Assembly: GCA_001595915.1 (NCBI GenBank)
Contig: LSSG01000075.1
Location: 1-53,493, forward strand
Reading direction: 5' to 3'
Length of the DNA stretch: 53,493 nucleotides
DNA from: Thermoplasmatales archaeon SG8-52-3
GTDB taxonomy: Archaea; Thermoplasmatota; E2; DHVEG-1
Positions 27,326 to 38,225 of this stretch are shown in pieces. A program made the translations under genes and the position numbers. Position 1 is the first letter of the stretch, and every line of letters begins with the position of its first letter. The notes below the pieces were generated by a model that searched no databases, was not told the DNA's origin, and was given only the letters and a program-made list of their open reading frames with translations.

Positions 27326-30048
27326 TTAAACCGCTTCTTACTAAAATATAGATAAAGAATGGTTACAAATATTATAGCAAATAATGAGAAAATAATAAAT
27401 ATCAATGTTTCAAAACTAAGCATAATATCATTTTCATCGTTATTTAAATTAATTTGCTCAAATGTTTTTGCATTCAATGCATATATAATTCCTTTTACCC
27501 CAATATAAGCAGTACCATTATGGACAATTGGATTTGAAATAACAGGTGTTGTAATATAGTTTAATAAATCATTATCAATTGTGAAATTTGCAGCAAAAAA
27601 CCATTCACTCTCACCAGTAGTTTTGTTTACTGCATAAAGTCTACCGTCGTCACTTCCAAAAAACACAAAGTCACCATAGATGACCGGAGCTGAATGAATT
27701 CCTGCTTTAGTTGAAAAAATCCATTTGGAAGTTCCGTCTAAGACATTCAATGCATATAGATTATTATCATTACATCCAATGTATAGAGTATCATCTGATA
27801 AGATAGGTGAGGTATCAAATCCCCAACCAGCTTCATATTTCCATATTTGATTTCCATTTTTTGCATTTAAGGCATATACTTTATTGTCCCATGAGGCAAA
27901 AAAAACTTTTCCATTTTTAAAAACAGGAGATGAAGTAATCATACCACTTGAATTAAATTGCCATATGATTTTTTGATCTTTTAAACAAATAGAATAGCAA
28001 TTATTTCCAGACGCTAAATAAATATTTTCATCATAACCTGAAGCAATGTATATTTCATCAGAAAATTCAATTGACCATTTTTCTTTTTTCTCATTAATTG
28101 AGTAAGAATAAACATTTCCAACATTATCTCCAAAAATTATCATATTCTCTGCAATTATTGGACTTGAGATTATCTCATTTTTTGTTGATATTCTTTTAAT
28201 CGTTCCTTGTGTATCGATAATTGATATTCCTTCAGAATGACCTACAAATATCTCATCTTCATTCGAAATAGGTTTTGTGGGTTTTTCTCCTATTGGTTTT
28301 TTCCACTTAAGTTCTCCAGTATTTGTATCAAATGCATATATTATTCCATTTGATGTGGTAGTATACAATATTGTATCTATTATTACACCTGATGAAGAAA
28401 ATTCGTTTTTATTAAATTCTGTATCAAATTTCCATAGGATTTCTGTTTCTGATCCTATATAACTATCTTTATTTATTAGAGAAAAATCTCTTTTTGCAGG
28501 TATACCAAAAATTCTTACCCAGCCAAGAGGAGGTAAACTTTCAGTTTTATGATTAGTGGTATCTATATTTGAATAATCCAAGGTTCTACCAGTATTTCCA
28601 AAAAATGCCCATAAACCGTTTTGTTCAAGTAATTTTGAATCTGTAAGTTTTACATCAGTAATTGCCTTACTAATTAATGGATCAGACATTATTTCTTTTA
28701 AAATATCTGTATCAATCTCACCATAATATTTATTACCAAGCTCTTCAAATTTATTATCTCTTTTTGTTGGAATATATCTAACTGCCCAATACCCAAATCC
28801 TGGATCTTTAAATAATATCCATAATAAGAAGTTTAGAATATATGTTCTATCGATTTTAAATTTCTCTAATCTAACCCTAGTATCCATTGGATTATTAGCA
28901 CTCCAATAAAAACCATCAAATGTTCTATAGATTGCATTTGCAGTATAACCTAATTCAAACCTTGCAATCTCACCGGTTTTCGTGTCACCAATAAGCCAGA
29001 CAGCATTCATAACCCCATCATTTCTATTTTTAAGATAATAAACCACTTCGTCAATGCTATTTCCATATTGCATTGCCATCCTAGCTCTTACTGAAAGTGG
29101 AAGACCTTTATTATCAAACAATCCTTGTGGAACAGTTGTTTCCAGAAGTACAATACCATTATCATTCTGATAGTAGTCCTCGTCACTCCAAATAATACCT
29201 GGTGAAGAAGACATTATAACTCTATTGCCACTATTTGGTTGGACATCAAGTATTACATTCCAACGAAGCGAAATATAATAATTCCACCACCAAGTTGAAG
29301 TTCCACAAATTGTCGAATGAGAAAAAACAATTTGACCTTCTGTAGTAGCGTCTCCTGTTGCAATAAAACCATTACAATGGTGGGGAGGACTCCCACCAAA
29401 AAAACCTGCAATAAATTCATTTAATCCTATATTTTCAGTTGCTGGTTCAATTTTTTGAATTTGATGTAATAATGTTCTTATCGGGTGAATTCCCATTCTC
29501 AATGTATCAAGTTTGGACATAAACTCATACATCTCATTCATTGCAAGAATATCCTTATAATCGATTTCTCTTTCAAAAAATTTTATTCCTTTAGCATTTA
29601 CTCCATCAACAATACCTATTATTTCTTGCTTATATTCAATTGGAAATTTATCCCAATATAATTTATCACACTGATTTCTACAGAAATCCCACCATTTTTC
29701 TGCAATTTTATTATATCTTAGTTCTGATACTCGTTTACTAATTTTTGATATTGTCTTTTGGAAATGAATTGTGTGACTCCAACGATTTAACATATCAACA
29801 ATTTCATTGGCAAGTAAATACCCATGCTGATATCCACGTTCATGAGGATCTCCCTCTATATGAAGATAGATCCAACCTTGAATGTTATATCTATAACCTT
29901 TTTCAAAATTTTCTGCACTAGATATGCTTATATCTTTTCCTTCAGCATGGATACAAGTAAAATAATTAACAGAAATTAGAAAAAAAATTGTAATGATACA
30001 AATTGCTCTAATTTGTAGCCTCCGTCCCATACTACAAATTATATCCAT
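27322..30048 (-). CDS. Secreted, membrane-anchored Ntn hydrolase (C45/phospholipase B-like) fused to a PQQ-like beta-propeller
   Basis: Signal peptide; GDPHERGYQHGYLL; HHCNGFIATG nucleophile Cys; repeated SSP....G.V..GS.D...YALN...G...W units; C-terminal TM. Confidence 0.8.
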   Translation of the reverse strand: MDIICSMGRRLQIRAICIITIFFLISVNYFTCIHAEGKDISISSAENFEKGYRYNIQGWIYLHIEGDPHERGYQHGYLLANEIVDMLNRWSHTIHFQKTISKISKRVSELRYNKIAEKWWDFCRNQCDKLYWDKFPIEYKQEIIGIVDGVNAKGIKFFEREIDYKDILAMNEMYEFMSKLDTLRMGIHPIRTLLHQIQKIEPATENIGLNEFIAGFFGGSPPHHCNGFIATGDATTEGQIVFSHSTICGTSTWWWNYYISLRWNVILDVQPNSGNRVIMSSSPGIIWSDEDYYQNDNGIVLLETTVPQGLFDNKGLPLSVRARMAMQYGNSIDEVVYYLKNRNDGVMNAVWLIGDTKTGEIARFELGYTANAIYRTFDGFYWSANNPMDTRVRLEKFKIDRTYILNFLLWILFKDPGFGYWAVRYIPTKRDNKFEELGNKYYGEIDTDILKEIMSDPLISKAITDVKLTDSKLLEQNGLWAFFGNTGRTLDYSNIDTTNHKTESLPPLGWVRIFGIPAKRDFSLINKDSYIGSETEILWKFDTEFNKNEFSSSGVIIDTILYTTTSNGIIYAFDTNTGELKWKKPIGEKPTKPISNEDEIFVGHSEGISIIDTQGTIKRISTKNEIISSPIIAENMIIFGDNVGNVYSYSINEKKEKWSIEFSDEIYIASGYDENIYLASGNNCYSICLKDQKIIWQFNSSGMITSSPVFKNGKVFFASWDNKVYALNAKNGNQIWKYEAGWGFDTSPILSDDTLYIGCNDNNLYALNVLDGTSKWIFSTKAGIHSAPVIYGDFVFFGSDDGRLYAVNKTTGESEWFFAANFTIDNDLLNYITTPVISNPIVHNGTAYIGVKGIIYALNAKTFEQINLNNDENDIMLSFETLIFIIFSLFAIIFVTILYLYFSKKRFK

Positions 30049-30108
30049 CCTTTATATAAATATTTATCTTTTTATTTATTAATAACCATTTTTTATAATA
30101 GTTAAATA

Positions 30109-30501
30109 TCACTTTTTTAAATGAAAAACATACCTTGTTGGAATTCTTTTTTTCTTACCTGTCCAATAATTGCATTTCTTACATCTAAATTCTATAGTGA
30201 CTTCTCCGCCCCATATTGTTAGATTTTTTACTCGGTTTAAAATGTTTCCACAAACTGGACATTTTGTCAATAATTTTTTTGGGTCACCCTCACGTGTATG
30301 AATTTCAAGTTTAACAAAATCACTATTTATTGCAATATTGCGAAGCCTTGAGCCACTAACATTATAATTCTTCTTTTTAGCTGTGAGTTTTTTTGAAACT
30401 AATGTTTTTAATTTATTTTGAGAACTTACCGTTCGAAATTTCTCTAACACTTTCTTCAAACCATTTAAAACTTGTTCATCAGATGGTATGTGATAATGCA
30501 T
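30109..30501 (-). CDS. Basic hypothetical protein with zinc ribbon
   Basis: CPVCG ... CKKCNY; highly basic. Confidence 0.75.
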   Translation of the reverse strand: MHYHIPSDEQVLNGLKKVLEKFRTVSSQNKLKTLVSKKLTAKKKNYNVSGSRLRNIAINSDFVKLEIHTREGDPKKLLTKCPVCGNILNRVKNLTIWGGEVTIEFRCKKCNYWTGKKKRIPTRYVFHLKK

Positions 30502-30538
30502 TGCAAAAAAGAATCATAAATGGATTACTTAAAGTCTT

Positions 30539-31318
30539 TTAACGGGAAATAGTATTAAGTAAATCAGTTCTGCTAACAATACCTATTAATTTACCATATT
30601 CAATTATTGGTAACGCACCTATATTATTTTTAAGCATTAATTTTGCTACTTCTTCTGCAGTTATATTTGGCTCGGTCCAAAAAGCTGGTGTTTTCATTAC
30701 GTCTCTAATTAGAAGTTCATCAAGTTGATGTTTCTGTCTACCTATTGGAACTGATCTTTTTATATCAGCTAATGCAAAAACAATTTCATTATCAGTAATT
30801 ATCCCAACAAGATTACCATTATCTACAACTGGAAGTCTTGCGATATTTTCATTTATCATTATTCTTCGAGCATGAATAACTCTGTCATCTGGTGAAACTA
30901 TGTGGAGTTTTTTATTCATTATCTCTCTAACAGGTTTGGTACTTTTAACAAGCGGTAATAAATCTGCTTTTGTGATAATTCCTAATAATTTATCATTATC
31001 TACAACACATAGCATGGTTGGTCCAGGTTCACCTACTTTCTTTAAAATTATCTTTATTTCGGTTTCTGGGGATATTTTCTCAATATTTTTTTCAGTAACT
31101 GAAGAAGCATGCAATCTAGAAGGTGGTACTCCTTTTTTTCTAATAGATCCCAATTTATGGGCTATAATATTATCAGTTACTATACCAATTAATTTTTTAT
31201 CTTCAAGAACTGGTATTTTTGTAATTTCGTATTTTTTCATGAGATTTAAAACATGTTTTAAATCTACATCTTTATCAACAGAGATTATATCCTTTGTCAT
31301 AACTTCTTTTACTTTCAT
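30539..31318 (-). CDS. CBS-domain protein (four CBS)
   Basis: KVKEVM, IPVL..LIGIVT, LPVV..LVGIIT, LPII..LIGIVSRTDL. Confidence 0.9.
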   Translation of the reverse strand: MKVKEVMTKDIISVDKDVDLKHVLNLMKKYEITKIPVLEDKKLIGIVTDNIIAHKLGSIRKKGVPPSRLHASSVTEKNIEKISPETEIKIILKKVGEPGPTMLCVVDNDKLLGIITKADLLPLVKSTKPVREIMNKKLHIVSPDDRVIHARRIMINENIARLPVVDNGNLVGIITDNEIVFALADIKRSVPIGRQKHQLDELLIRDVMKTPAFWTEPNITAEEVAKLMLKNNIGALPIIEYGKLIGIVSRTDLLNTISR

Positions 31319-31365
31319 TTTTATCCATTCCTTAGTGTAATTAAATTATCTATATAAAATTAATA

Positions 31366-31923
31366 TTATTCTTCATATTTCAAGGCATCAATACAATCTT
31401 CACAAAGAAGGCGCCCCTCAACATTTTTTAGATTTGCAGATAATATTCCACAATCTTCACATTTCCCTGAAAATATTTGCTTTTTTAGATGTGATTCGTC
31501 TCTTACTGTTATATCATACCATTCTCGTGATATTTCGTGTAATACTGGAGATATTAATGAAATGTCTTTTTGAGTAATTATACCTATTAGCTCATCCTTT
31601 TCAATAACCGGTAATCTTCTAACATTGCATTTACCCATAGTTTTCATGGCCTCTTCAAGAGTTATATAAGGATCTACTACAATTATTGGAGTGCTCATCA
31701 CATCTTTGACTATTATTTCTTTGGCATTTTTTCCTTCTGCCACAACTTTTTTTAATATGTCGCTCTCAGTTAAAATGCCAATTGGTTGTTTTTTTTCAAC
31801 AACTAATACGTTTCCTATTTTTCTTTTTTTCATTAGTTTAGCTGCTTCTAATACAGATACATCTGGTTTGACTATTGCTAGGTTTGTTTTCATAGCTTCT
31901 TTTACTATTACTTCACCACTCAT
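31366..31923 (-). CDS. CBS-pair protein with C-terminal zinc ribbon
   Basis: GILTESDI, RRLPVI..LIGIITQKDI; GKCEDCG...LLCEDC. Confidence 0.9.
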   Translation of the reverse strand: MSGEVIVKEAMKTNLAIVKPDVSVLEAAKLMKKRKIGNVLVVEKKQPIGILTESDILKKVVAEGKNAKEIIVKDVMSTPIIVVDPYITLEEAMKTMGKCNVRRLPVIEKDELIGIITQKDISLISPVLHEISREWYDITVRDESHLKKQIFSGKCEDCGILSANLKNVEGRLLCEDCIDALKYEE

Positions 31924-32008
31924 ATTATTGCCACCAATGCATTTATTATTAATTTCAACTAACTCTGCCCAAACATTAAAACCTTTCGCTGTATTTTACT
32001 TTTGTTAT

Positions 32009-32521
32009 ATGAGTGCAAGTCAATATGAACGAGAGCTTAAGAATATCCTTGAAGGAGAGTTTAAAACAATTTCAAAAATAACAAAAACATGTTCAATTAT
32101 TGAAAAAATGAATTATAATAAGATTTCAGAAAAACCTTTTGCTGTCATTAGGGCTGCTGGTTCATTTGGTGTAGATCTTGTTGCAACACGAGGAGATATT
32201 TCGTTTTTAACAGAAGTAAAAAGTAGTATTGAAGATACTATTCATTTTAGTAATATAAGTGGAAAATTGCAACAACAGGCTGAAACAATGAAAAATATTT
32301 GTGAAAAAACAAAAACATTACCAATATATGCATTTAGAACTAAAGGTAAACGTGGTGATTCTTGGAGAATTTTTACATTAGATATAGAAAATCTTGAAGG
32401 TAGATCAAGTATTTTACATAATAGACTCCCAAAACTTAAAAAAAGTAAGAAAGGTTTTTTTGTAATGAGGTGGAGTGATGGTATGCCCCTATCCGATTTT
32501 ATTTCATATCTATGTAAATGA
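32009..32521 (+). CDS. hjc: Holliday junction resolvase, archaeal Hjc (PD-(D/E)XK)
   Basis: Start MSASQYERELK at 32009; RAAGSFGVDLVA; TEVKSS. Confidence 0.8.
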   Translation: MSASQYERELKNILEGEFKTISKITKTCSIIEKMNYNKISEKPFAVIRAAGSFGVDLVATRGDISFLTEVKSSIEDTIHFSNISGKLQQQAETMKNICEKTKTLPIYAFRTKGKRGDSWRIFTLDIENLEGRSSILHNRLPKLKKSKKGFFVMRWSDGMPLSDFISYLCK

Positions 32522-32569
32522 TACGAAACGTTTATAGAACTGTTTCTTATTTTCGCCTTGCTGATTAAT

Positions 32570-33010
32570 ATGAAAAAGATGCTTGTTGCCTATGATGGAT
32601 CTGAAGCCTCAAAAAAAGCAATAGAAGTAGTTATTAAATGTGCTGATAAGGAAGATGAAATTACACTTTTGACAGTTGTTCCTGCAGAACTTTCAGAGTC
32701 TTCTTTTACAAGAATGTTACTTCCAACAATAGATCTTAGTAATGTTGTAAAATCTGGAAGTTTTAAACAAAAAGCAAAAGATTCGTTGTCAAAGTTAATA
32801 AAAGAGATTGAACCTAATGTAAGTAAGGTTAATATTGCCGTAGAATCAGGTGATCCCGCTGATGAAATTCTTTTAAGTGCAAAGAAACATGATTCTGATA
32901 TAATTGTTGTGGGTTACAAAGGATATGGAAAAGAGGGGAGGTTTTTACTAGGCAGTGTAACAGATAAGGTTGTAAGACATGCAAGCAAATCTGTTTTAGT
33001 TGTTAGATAA
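32570..33010 (+). CDS. Universal stress protein
   Basis: LVAYDGSEAS; GDPADEI; IVVGYKG..GRFLLGSVTDKVVRHA..SVLVVR. Confidence 0.92.
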   Translation: MKKMLVAYDGSEASKKAIEVVIKCADKEDEITLLTVVPAELSESSFTRMLLPTIDLSNVVKSGSFKQKAKDSLSKLIKEIEPNVSKVNIAVESGDPADEILLSAKKHDSDIIVVGYKGYGKEGRFLLGSVTDKVVRHASKSVLVVR

Positions 33011-33030
33011 AAATATTTTTTGTGGTCTTG

Positions 33031-34227
33031 ATGCATCCTGCAGATGAGATACGGGGAGTTAAAAGTAAAAAACTTTCTAGAAAAAGGATAGTTATCGGTG
33101 TTACAGGAAGTATTGCTGCAGTTGAAACTATTAAACTTACACGGGAGCTTATAAGATATGGTGCAGATGTAATTCCAATAATGACACCTTCTTCAACAAA
33201 AATAATTCATCCCGATTCTCTTTGGTTTGCAACAGGTAATAAACCAATAACTGAGCTTACTGGTAAAACAGAACATGTATATTTTTGTGGAAAGGTAAAA
33301 AATCAAGTAGATCTTTTACTAATATGCCCTTGTACTGCAAATACGTTATCAAAGATTGCACATGGAATTGATGATACTGTTGTTACAACTTTTACTACAA
33401 CTGCAATTGGTTCAAAAGTTCCAATAATAATTGTACCTGCGATGCATCTTTCAATGTACGATCATAAAATCGTTCAAAAAAACATCGAAGAATGTAAGAA
33501 ATTAGGAATTAAATTTATTGAACCAAAAATTGATAAATATAAAGCGAAACTTGCTGAATCAGATGAGATTATAGCATATGTTTTAAGGGAAACAGGTAAA
33601 AATGATTTATTAGATAAAAATATTTTGATAATCGGGGGACCAACAGTTGAGCCAATAGATAATATAAGAATATTTACTAACAAAAGCTCTGGTAAAACAG
33701 CAATTGAACTTTCAAAAAATGCTTTTTATAGAGGAGCAAATGTTGAGCTTTGGTATGGCTCTGGTAAAGAAGTAATTCCAGATTTTATAAATTTTAATAG
33801 ATTTGAATCAATAAATGATTTAATGGAATTGTTGGAAAATAGAGACTTGAAAAAATATAATATTATCATTCTTTGTGCTGCAATATCTGATTATTTACCA
33901 AAAAGGCACAAAGGAAAGATTTCTTCTGGAAAAGAAAAATTAATAATAGAAATGTATCCAGCTCCTAAGTTTATTTCAAAACTTAGAAAAAATGCACCAA
34001 ATTCAAAAATTATTGGTTTTAAAGTAGAAGAAAAAAAAGAAAATCTATTTGAAAGGGCTTTAAATCTTTTAAAGATAAACAATTTAGATTTTGTAGTTGC
34101 AAATAAAACCTCTGCTTTCAGCAAAGATGAAAGTGAGATATGGATAATAAATAAACAAGAAAAAAGTATACATAAAAAAGGAAATAAATCACTATTAGCT
34201 GATTATATCTTAGATAATATAGGATGA
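33031..34227 (+). CDS. coaBC: Phosphopantothenoylcysteine decarboxylase/ligase
   Basis: GVTGSIAA, PCTANTLSKIAHGI, PAMH.SM, GGPTVEPIDNIR, NKSSGK, AAISDY, IGFK.E, VVAN. Confidence 0.93.
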   Translation: MHPADEIRGVKSKKLSRKRIVIGVTGSIAAVETIKLTRELIRYGADVIPIMTPSSTKIIHPDSLWFATGNKPITELTGKTEHVYFCGKVKNQVDLLLICPCTANTLSKIAHGIDDTVVTTFTTTAIGSKVPIIIVPAMHLSMYDHKIVQKNIEECKKLGIKFIEPKIDKYKAKLAESDEIIAYVLRETGKNDLLDKNILIIGGPTVEPIDNIRIFTNKSSGKTAIELSKNAFYRGANVELWYGSGKEVIPDFINFNRFESINDLMELLENRDLKKYNIIILCAAISDYLPKRHKGKISSGKEKLIIEMYPAPKFISKLRKNAPNSKIIGFKVEEKKENLFERALNLLKINNLDFVVANKTSAFSKDESEIWIINKQEKSIHKKGNKSLLADYILDNIG

Positions 34228-34233
34228 TACTAT

Positions 34234-35100
34234 ATGATAGCAAAAGCATTTGCTCCTGGTCATATTTCTGGTTTTTTTGAACCGGTATACAATCAAGATT
34301 TATCCCGGACAGGTTCTCGTGGAGCAGGAATAAACATTACATTTGGATCAGTTTCTGAAGTTAGTGCTGAAAATTCAACTACACAAGAAATTGATATTTA
34401 CGTCAATAATAGAAAGTCAAATGCCCCTGTTATAAGATTAGCTATAAAATATCTTATTGGAGATAGTCCAGTTAAGGTTGTTATAAAAACTAAATATGAA
34501 ATTCCTGTAGGACAAGGTTTTGGAATGAGTGCAGGAGGTGCACTAAGTGCGACATATGCACTAGCTAAAATATTTGGTATTTCATCAAATGATGCAATTA
34601 GAGCATCTCATTTTGCTGAAGTTCAGCTTAAAACGGGTTTAGGAGATGTAATAGCTAGTTCTTTTGGAGGTATAGAAATACGTAAAAGTGCAGGTCTTCC
34701 TCCATGGGGAGTAATAGAACATATCCCTGGAAAGGGGGATTTGGTGATATGTGTTGTTGGAAAAAAACTTAATACAAAGAAAATATTAGAAGACACAAAT
34801 AAAATTGCAAAGATAATCGATTATGGAAAATTTTGCACAAAAAAGATACTTCAGAAACCATCGTTTGAAAATCTTTTTACTCTTTCTCAAGCCTTTACAA
34901 AAAACACAAATCTTGCTGATGAAAAGGTACTTAGCGCAATAAATACTGCAAGTAAGTTTGGGCTTGCAAGTATGTGTATGCTTGGTAACTCTATTTTTGC
35001 TATGGGTAAAACTAATGAATTATGTAATGCTTTGTCATCATTTGGAAAAATTTTTGTTTGTAGTGTTGATGAATTTGGAGCAAGAGTTATAGATGATTGA
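34234..35100 (+). CDS. Pantoate kinase (GHMP family)
   Basis: AFAPGHISGFF, GSRGAG, PVGQGFGMSAG, AEV..KTGLGDV, MCMLGNSIF; follows coaBC. Confidence 0.9.
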   Translation: MIAKAFAPGHISGFFEPVYNQDLSRTGSRGAGINITFGSVSEVSAENSTTQEIDIYVNNRKSNAPVIRLAIKYLIGDSPVKVVIKTKYEIPVGQGFGMSAGGALSATYALAKIFGISSNDAIRASHFAEVQLKTGLGDVIASSFGGIEIRKSAGLPPWGVIEHIPGKGDLVICVVGKKLNTKKILEDTNKIAKIIDYGKFCTKKILQKPSFENLFTLSQAFTKNTNLADEKVLSAINTASKFGLASMCMLGNSIFAMGKTNELCNALSSFGKIFVCSVDEFGARVIDD

Positions 35101-36315
35101 TTATTTAAAAATATGAATATCTGTGTATCCTCTGATTTCAACATAAACTGCTGGATTTAACCCTTTGATTGTACATCTAGCAGTAACTGATACCATCAAC
35201 CATTCAAAAGAGGGATTTATTGTTAATATCTTTGAAAATGGAATTGTTATATTACATAATGCTAAACTCTCTTGTCCTGTGTCTATTATTATTTCTTCAT
35301 CTATTGAGTTTTCTCCAAGAAGATTTAGCTCTCCATTGTCAACCACATATAATCTACAGATTATATCTCTTAGTGCAAGACCAACATTAAATGTATTGTT
35401 TACTTCAAGATTAATCTCAGTAACAAGACCCTTAAGTGTTAATTTGTTATTCGCTTTTATCGATAAAAGGACAGGTTTGTCCTTAGAAAAGAATATATCT
35501 TCAAGATCAGGAACTATCAAATTTGTTTCTGAATTAAATGTTATATTTTTTTCAAAACCTGCAATTTTTGCTCCAGCCACTCCATAAATATCAATCATTA
35601 TCTTTTCAGCATTGAATGCATCAAGAAGAACCCATCCAGTGGTAGTGATTTCTTTTGATTCCTTTGGTAGTAGAGTTTCTCCAATTACATTTAGTTCTCC
35701 TACTTTCTTACCTGTATCAGTAACAATATCTCCAGTTATATTTTCTATATACATTTCAAAAGAGTTTGGATTATAAACTTCTATTATTGTTGAAATTTTT
35801 ATTTCTTCAGTAGTTACATCAACAAAATCAATTGTGGTTGTGATAATTGGAGCAGCAAAATCATTTATTACTTTCTCAAGGGAAGTAATCATTCCCATAT
35901 TTAATGGAATTGTTTTTTCTATAAACAAAATGTTCATACCAACTTCACCAGTAATTTTACTTGTTAGAATTTCTGGACTGTGACCAGCAAATGCTATTTT
36001 AACGTCTTTCGTTAAAGTCTTTTTCTCATTAGAAGGAATTTTTCCTCCTTCAATATTTACATGAGATGCTTCATATCCATCTGGAGTAGTTGTTATTAAC
36101 TCAAGATTTTTTACTGAAACATCAAAGGAATTTGGATTGTCAATATTTATCTCTGTATGTATTACTGCTTCTAAAGAATTAATCTCAGTGACTTCTATTT
36201 CTATTATAATTTCTGGAGCTTCCAACACCTGTATATTTATAAAAAGTAGTCCTCCTATTATAACATAAATAATTGTAATTACGATAAATAAGAATTTAAC
36301 AATTTTTTTATTCAT
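35101..36315 (-). CDS. Membrane-anchored LEA_2/WHy repeat protein
   Basis: N-terminal TM; repeated NPNSF motifs and a third NNTF unit. Confidence 0.7.
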   Translation of the reverse strand: MNKKIVKFLFIVITIIYVIIGGLLFINIQVLEAPEIIIEIEVTEINSLEAVIHTEINIDNPNSFDVSVKNLELITTTPDGYEASHVNIEGGKIPSNEKKTLTKDVKIAFAGHSPEILTSKITGEVGMNILFIEKTIPLNMGMITSLEKVINDFAAPIITTTIDFVDVTTEEIKISTIIEVYNPNSFEMYIENITGDIVTDTGKKVGELNVIGETLLPKESKEITTTGWVLLDAFNAEKIMIDIYGVAGAKIAGFEKNITFNSETNLIVPDLEDIFFSKDKPVLLSIKANNKLTLKGLVTEINLEVNNTFNVGLALRDIICRLYVVDNGELNLLGENSIDEEIIIDTGQESLALCNITIPFSKILTINPSFEWLMVSVTARCTIKGLNPAVYVEIRGYTDIHIFK

Positions 36316-36424
36316 ATATGTCCCATTAATTTATTTAAGTATTTATAAATTATTCCATTGATTATATATTATTTTCCCTTAAATATTAAAAATCTTCAAA
36401 AGCAAGCTCATTTGTTTAAAATAT

Positions 36425-37006
36425 CTATATTTCGCTTGTTTTGCCTGATGCAAGATTTATTAGATGTTTTTCTGCATCTTCAGGTCCTTTGGCAAAAAGA
36501 ATATCACCTGAATCAATTTTTGTATTTTTTGTAGGACCATAAAGCCATTTATCACCATGTCTCATTGCAATAACTACCATACCGGTTTCACTAGCAAGCT
36601 TTAATTCACCCAGAGTTTTATTTGATAAAATAGAATTTTCATTAACCTGTACCCTGCTAAATACCACATCAGATTCACGAATACTCATCTTTAAAATTGG
36701 GTGTAATTCTACATCCCTTAATTCAACATCTGCAATTTCCTGAGCAGCATCTGCTATTTGTTCACCTGCTTCAGCAAGTCTTAAAACAGTTAATGCATCA
36801 TTTATACTCAATTTTTTATTTTCAACATTTTCAAGGGTCTGTCTTTGTAGATTTTTATATAGACTATCAATAAAGTCTTCTAAATCATAGACTTCTTTGG
36901 CAATTGTTTTGTTATCATATAAAAGAGATGAATATGCAAGATCAACCATAAGTTCAGATTTATCCTTTATTTCAAGAACTATATCTTCAACAGTCTTTTT
37001 ATTCAT
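36425..37006 (-). CDS. PhoU-like plus TrkA-C domain protein
   Basis: EIKDKSELMVDLAYSSLL, EQIADAA, SETGMVVIAMR. Confidence 0.85.
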   Translation of the reverse strand: MNKKTVEDIVLEIKDKSELMVDLAYSSLLYDNKTIAKEVYDLEDFIDSLYKNLQRQTLENVENKKLSINDALTVLRLAEAGEQIADAAQEIADVELRDVELHPILKMSIRESDVVFSRVQVNENSILSNKTLGELKLASETGMVVIAMRHGDKWLYGPTKNTKIDSGDILFAKGPEDAEKHLINLASGKTSEI

Positions 37007-37665
37007 TCTAACGCCCTCAATTTACCTTGTAAGAATTTACTTAATTCATCATAACCTTCATTAGTCCCTCTGACTATCAACCAATCTTCAGCCTTAATTG
37101 TGGTATCAGATTGTGGATTGTATATCCAGCAATCCTCTCTTCTAATAGCAATAATTCTCATACCAGTTTCAGATTCAACTCTGAGATTTTCAATTTTTTT
37201 ATCACAAGCCTCTGATGCTGATGCAACTTTAATTCTGAATAGTTCTTCATCGGCTTGTTTTAATATCTTTGGTAGAATAGGAACAGATTTATCCTTTGAA
37301 AGAAGGTTAACAATGTCTCCTGCGGCATTGGAAATACTTTCTGCAGCTTCAGCAACCTGTAAAATTCCAGCGAGTTCCTCAGCATCTTCCTTAGTTCTTG
37401 CAGCCATCATTGCCATCATTCTTATATCGTAATTCAATTTATCCATTCGTACATCAAGATATCTTACCTCTTCACCAATTTCTTCGTTGTTAAAAAGAAT
37501 AGCAGAATATGCTAGATCAATTATTAATTCTGAGATATCTTTCATTTCTGTTAATAATTCTTTAACAGAGGTGGGTTCATATTCAAGTTCGCTAAATTCT
37601 TCCTTTTTCCATTTTGGTGTTCTTTGTAACCTTCCAAATATTTTTCTTCTTTTTTGGTCTGTCAT
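37003..37665 (-). CDS. PhoU-like plus TrkA-C domain protein (paralogue)
   Basis: EMKDISELIIDLAYSAIL, ESISNAAGDI, SETGMRIIAIRR. Confidence 0.85.
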   Translation of the reverse strand: MTDQKRRKIFGRLQRTPKWKKEEFSELEYEPTSVKELLTEMKDISELIIDLAYSAILFNNEEIGEEVRYLDVRMDKLNYDIRMMAMMAARTKEDAEELAGILQVAEAAESISNAAGDIVNLLSKDKSVPILPKILKQADEELFRIKVASASEACDKKIENLRVESETGMRIIAIRREDCWIYNPQSDTTIKAEDWLIVRGTNEGYDELSKFLQGKLRALE

Positions 37666-38225
37666 AATCCAACTCCAATAAGTCCAATTACAGAAAATAA
37701 AAAGATTATACCCATTACATCTCCAACGGTTGTCACAACTGGTGCAACCATATCATCAGGGTCCAATCCTCTTTTAAATGATATAAATGCAGTTAAAACG
37801 CTAATAAATGAAACCATACATATCAGAAGGAACCCTGTAAAAACAATTATAGCAACAAACTCTATCAAGGTTATTTCCTCAATTAAATTCCCAAATAACG
37901 CTAAGAAATAAATAACTATCGCAAGGATAAGATAAGTGATAAGACCAATAAGAATCGAAATTAATAAATTATCATGCATTTCCTTATTTTTTAAACTCAA
38001 AGTTATATATCCAACATGCAAACCAGAAGCAAGACGAGCTCCTAAAACACTTCCAATATTACCACTTATACTATTTATCACTGGAATTGATATAAGAAAA
38101 ACGGGAAAAAGAAGTAAAGATTCTTGTTTACCTTGAAGAATTTGACCAGCAAATATCTCAATTAAAATTGTAACTGATAAGAGTGGTAAACTATGTTTTA
38201 CAATCTTTTTCCAACTATATATCAT
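37662..38225 (-). CDS. MgtE-family membrane domain protein
   Basis: GNIGSVLGARLAS; GLDPDDMVAPVVTTVGD. Confidence 0.85.
   Translation of the reverse strand: MIYSWKKIVKHSLPLLSVTILIEIFAGQILQGKQESLLLFPVFLISIPVINSISGNIGSVLGARLASGLHVGYITLSLKNKEMHDNLLISILIGLITYLILAIVIYFLALFGNLIEEITLIEFVAIIVFTGFLLICMVSFISVLTAFISFKRGLDPDDMVAPVVTTVGDVMGIIFLFSVIGLIGVGL

Noticed and set aside
30900-31340. 146-aa + strand ORF and the many other 60-140 aa antisense or overlapping ORFs (e.g. 4748, 7949, 23951, 35165, 37100)
   Set aside because: Shadow frames of well-supported genes, with no RBS or motifs
31691-32008. N-terminal 106 aa of the 276-aa ORF
   Set aside because: Antisense to the CBS gene; Hjc similarity begins at ATG 32009
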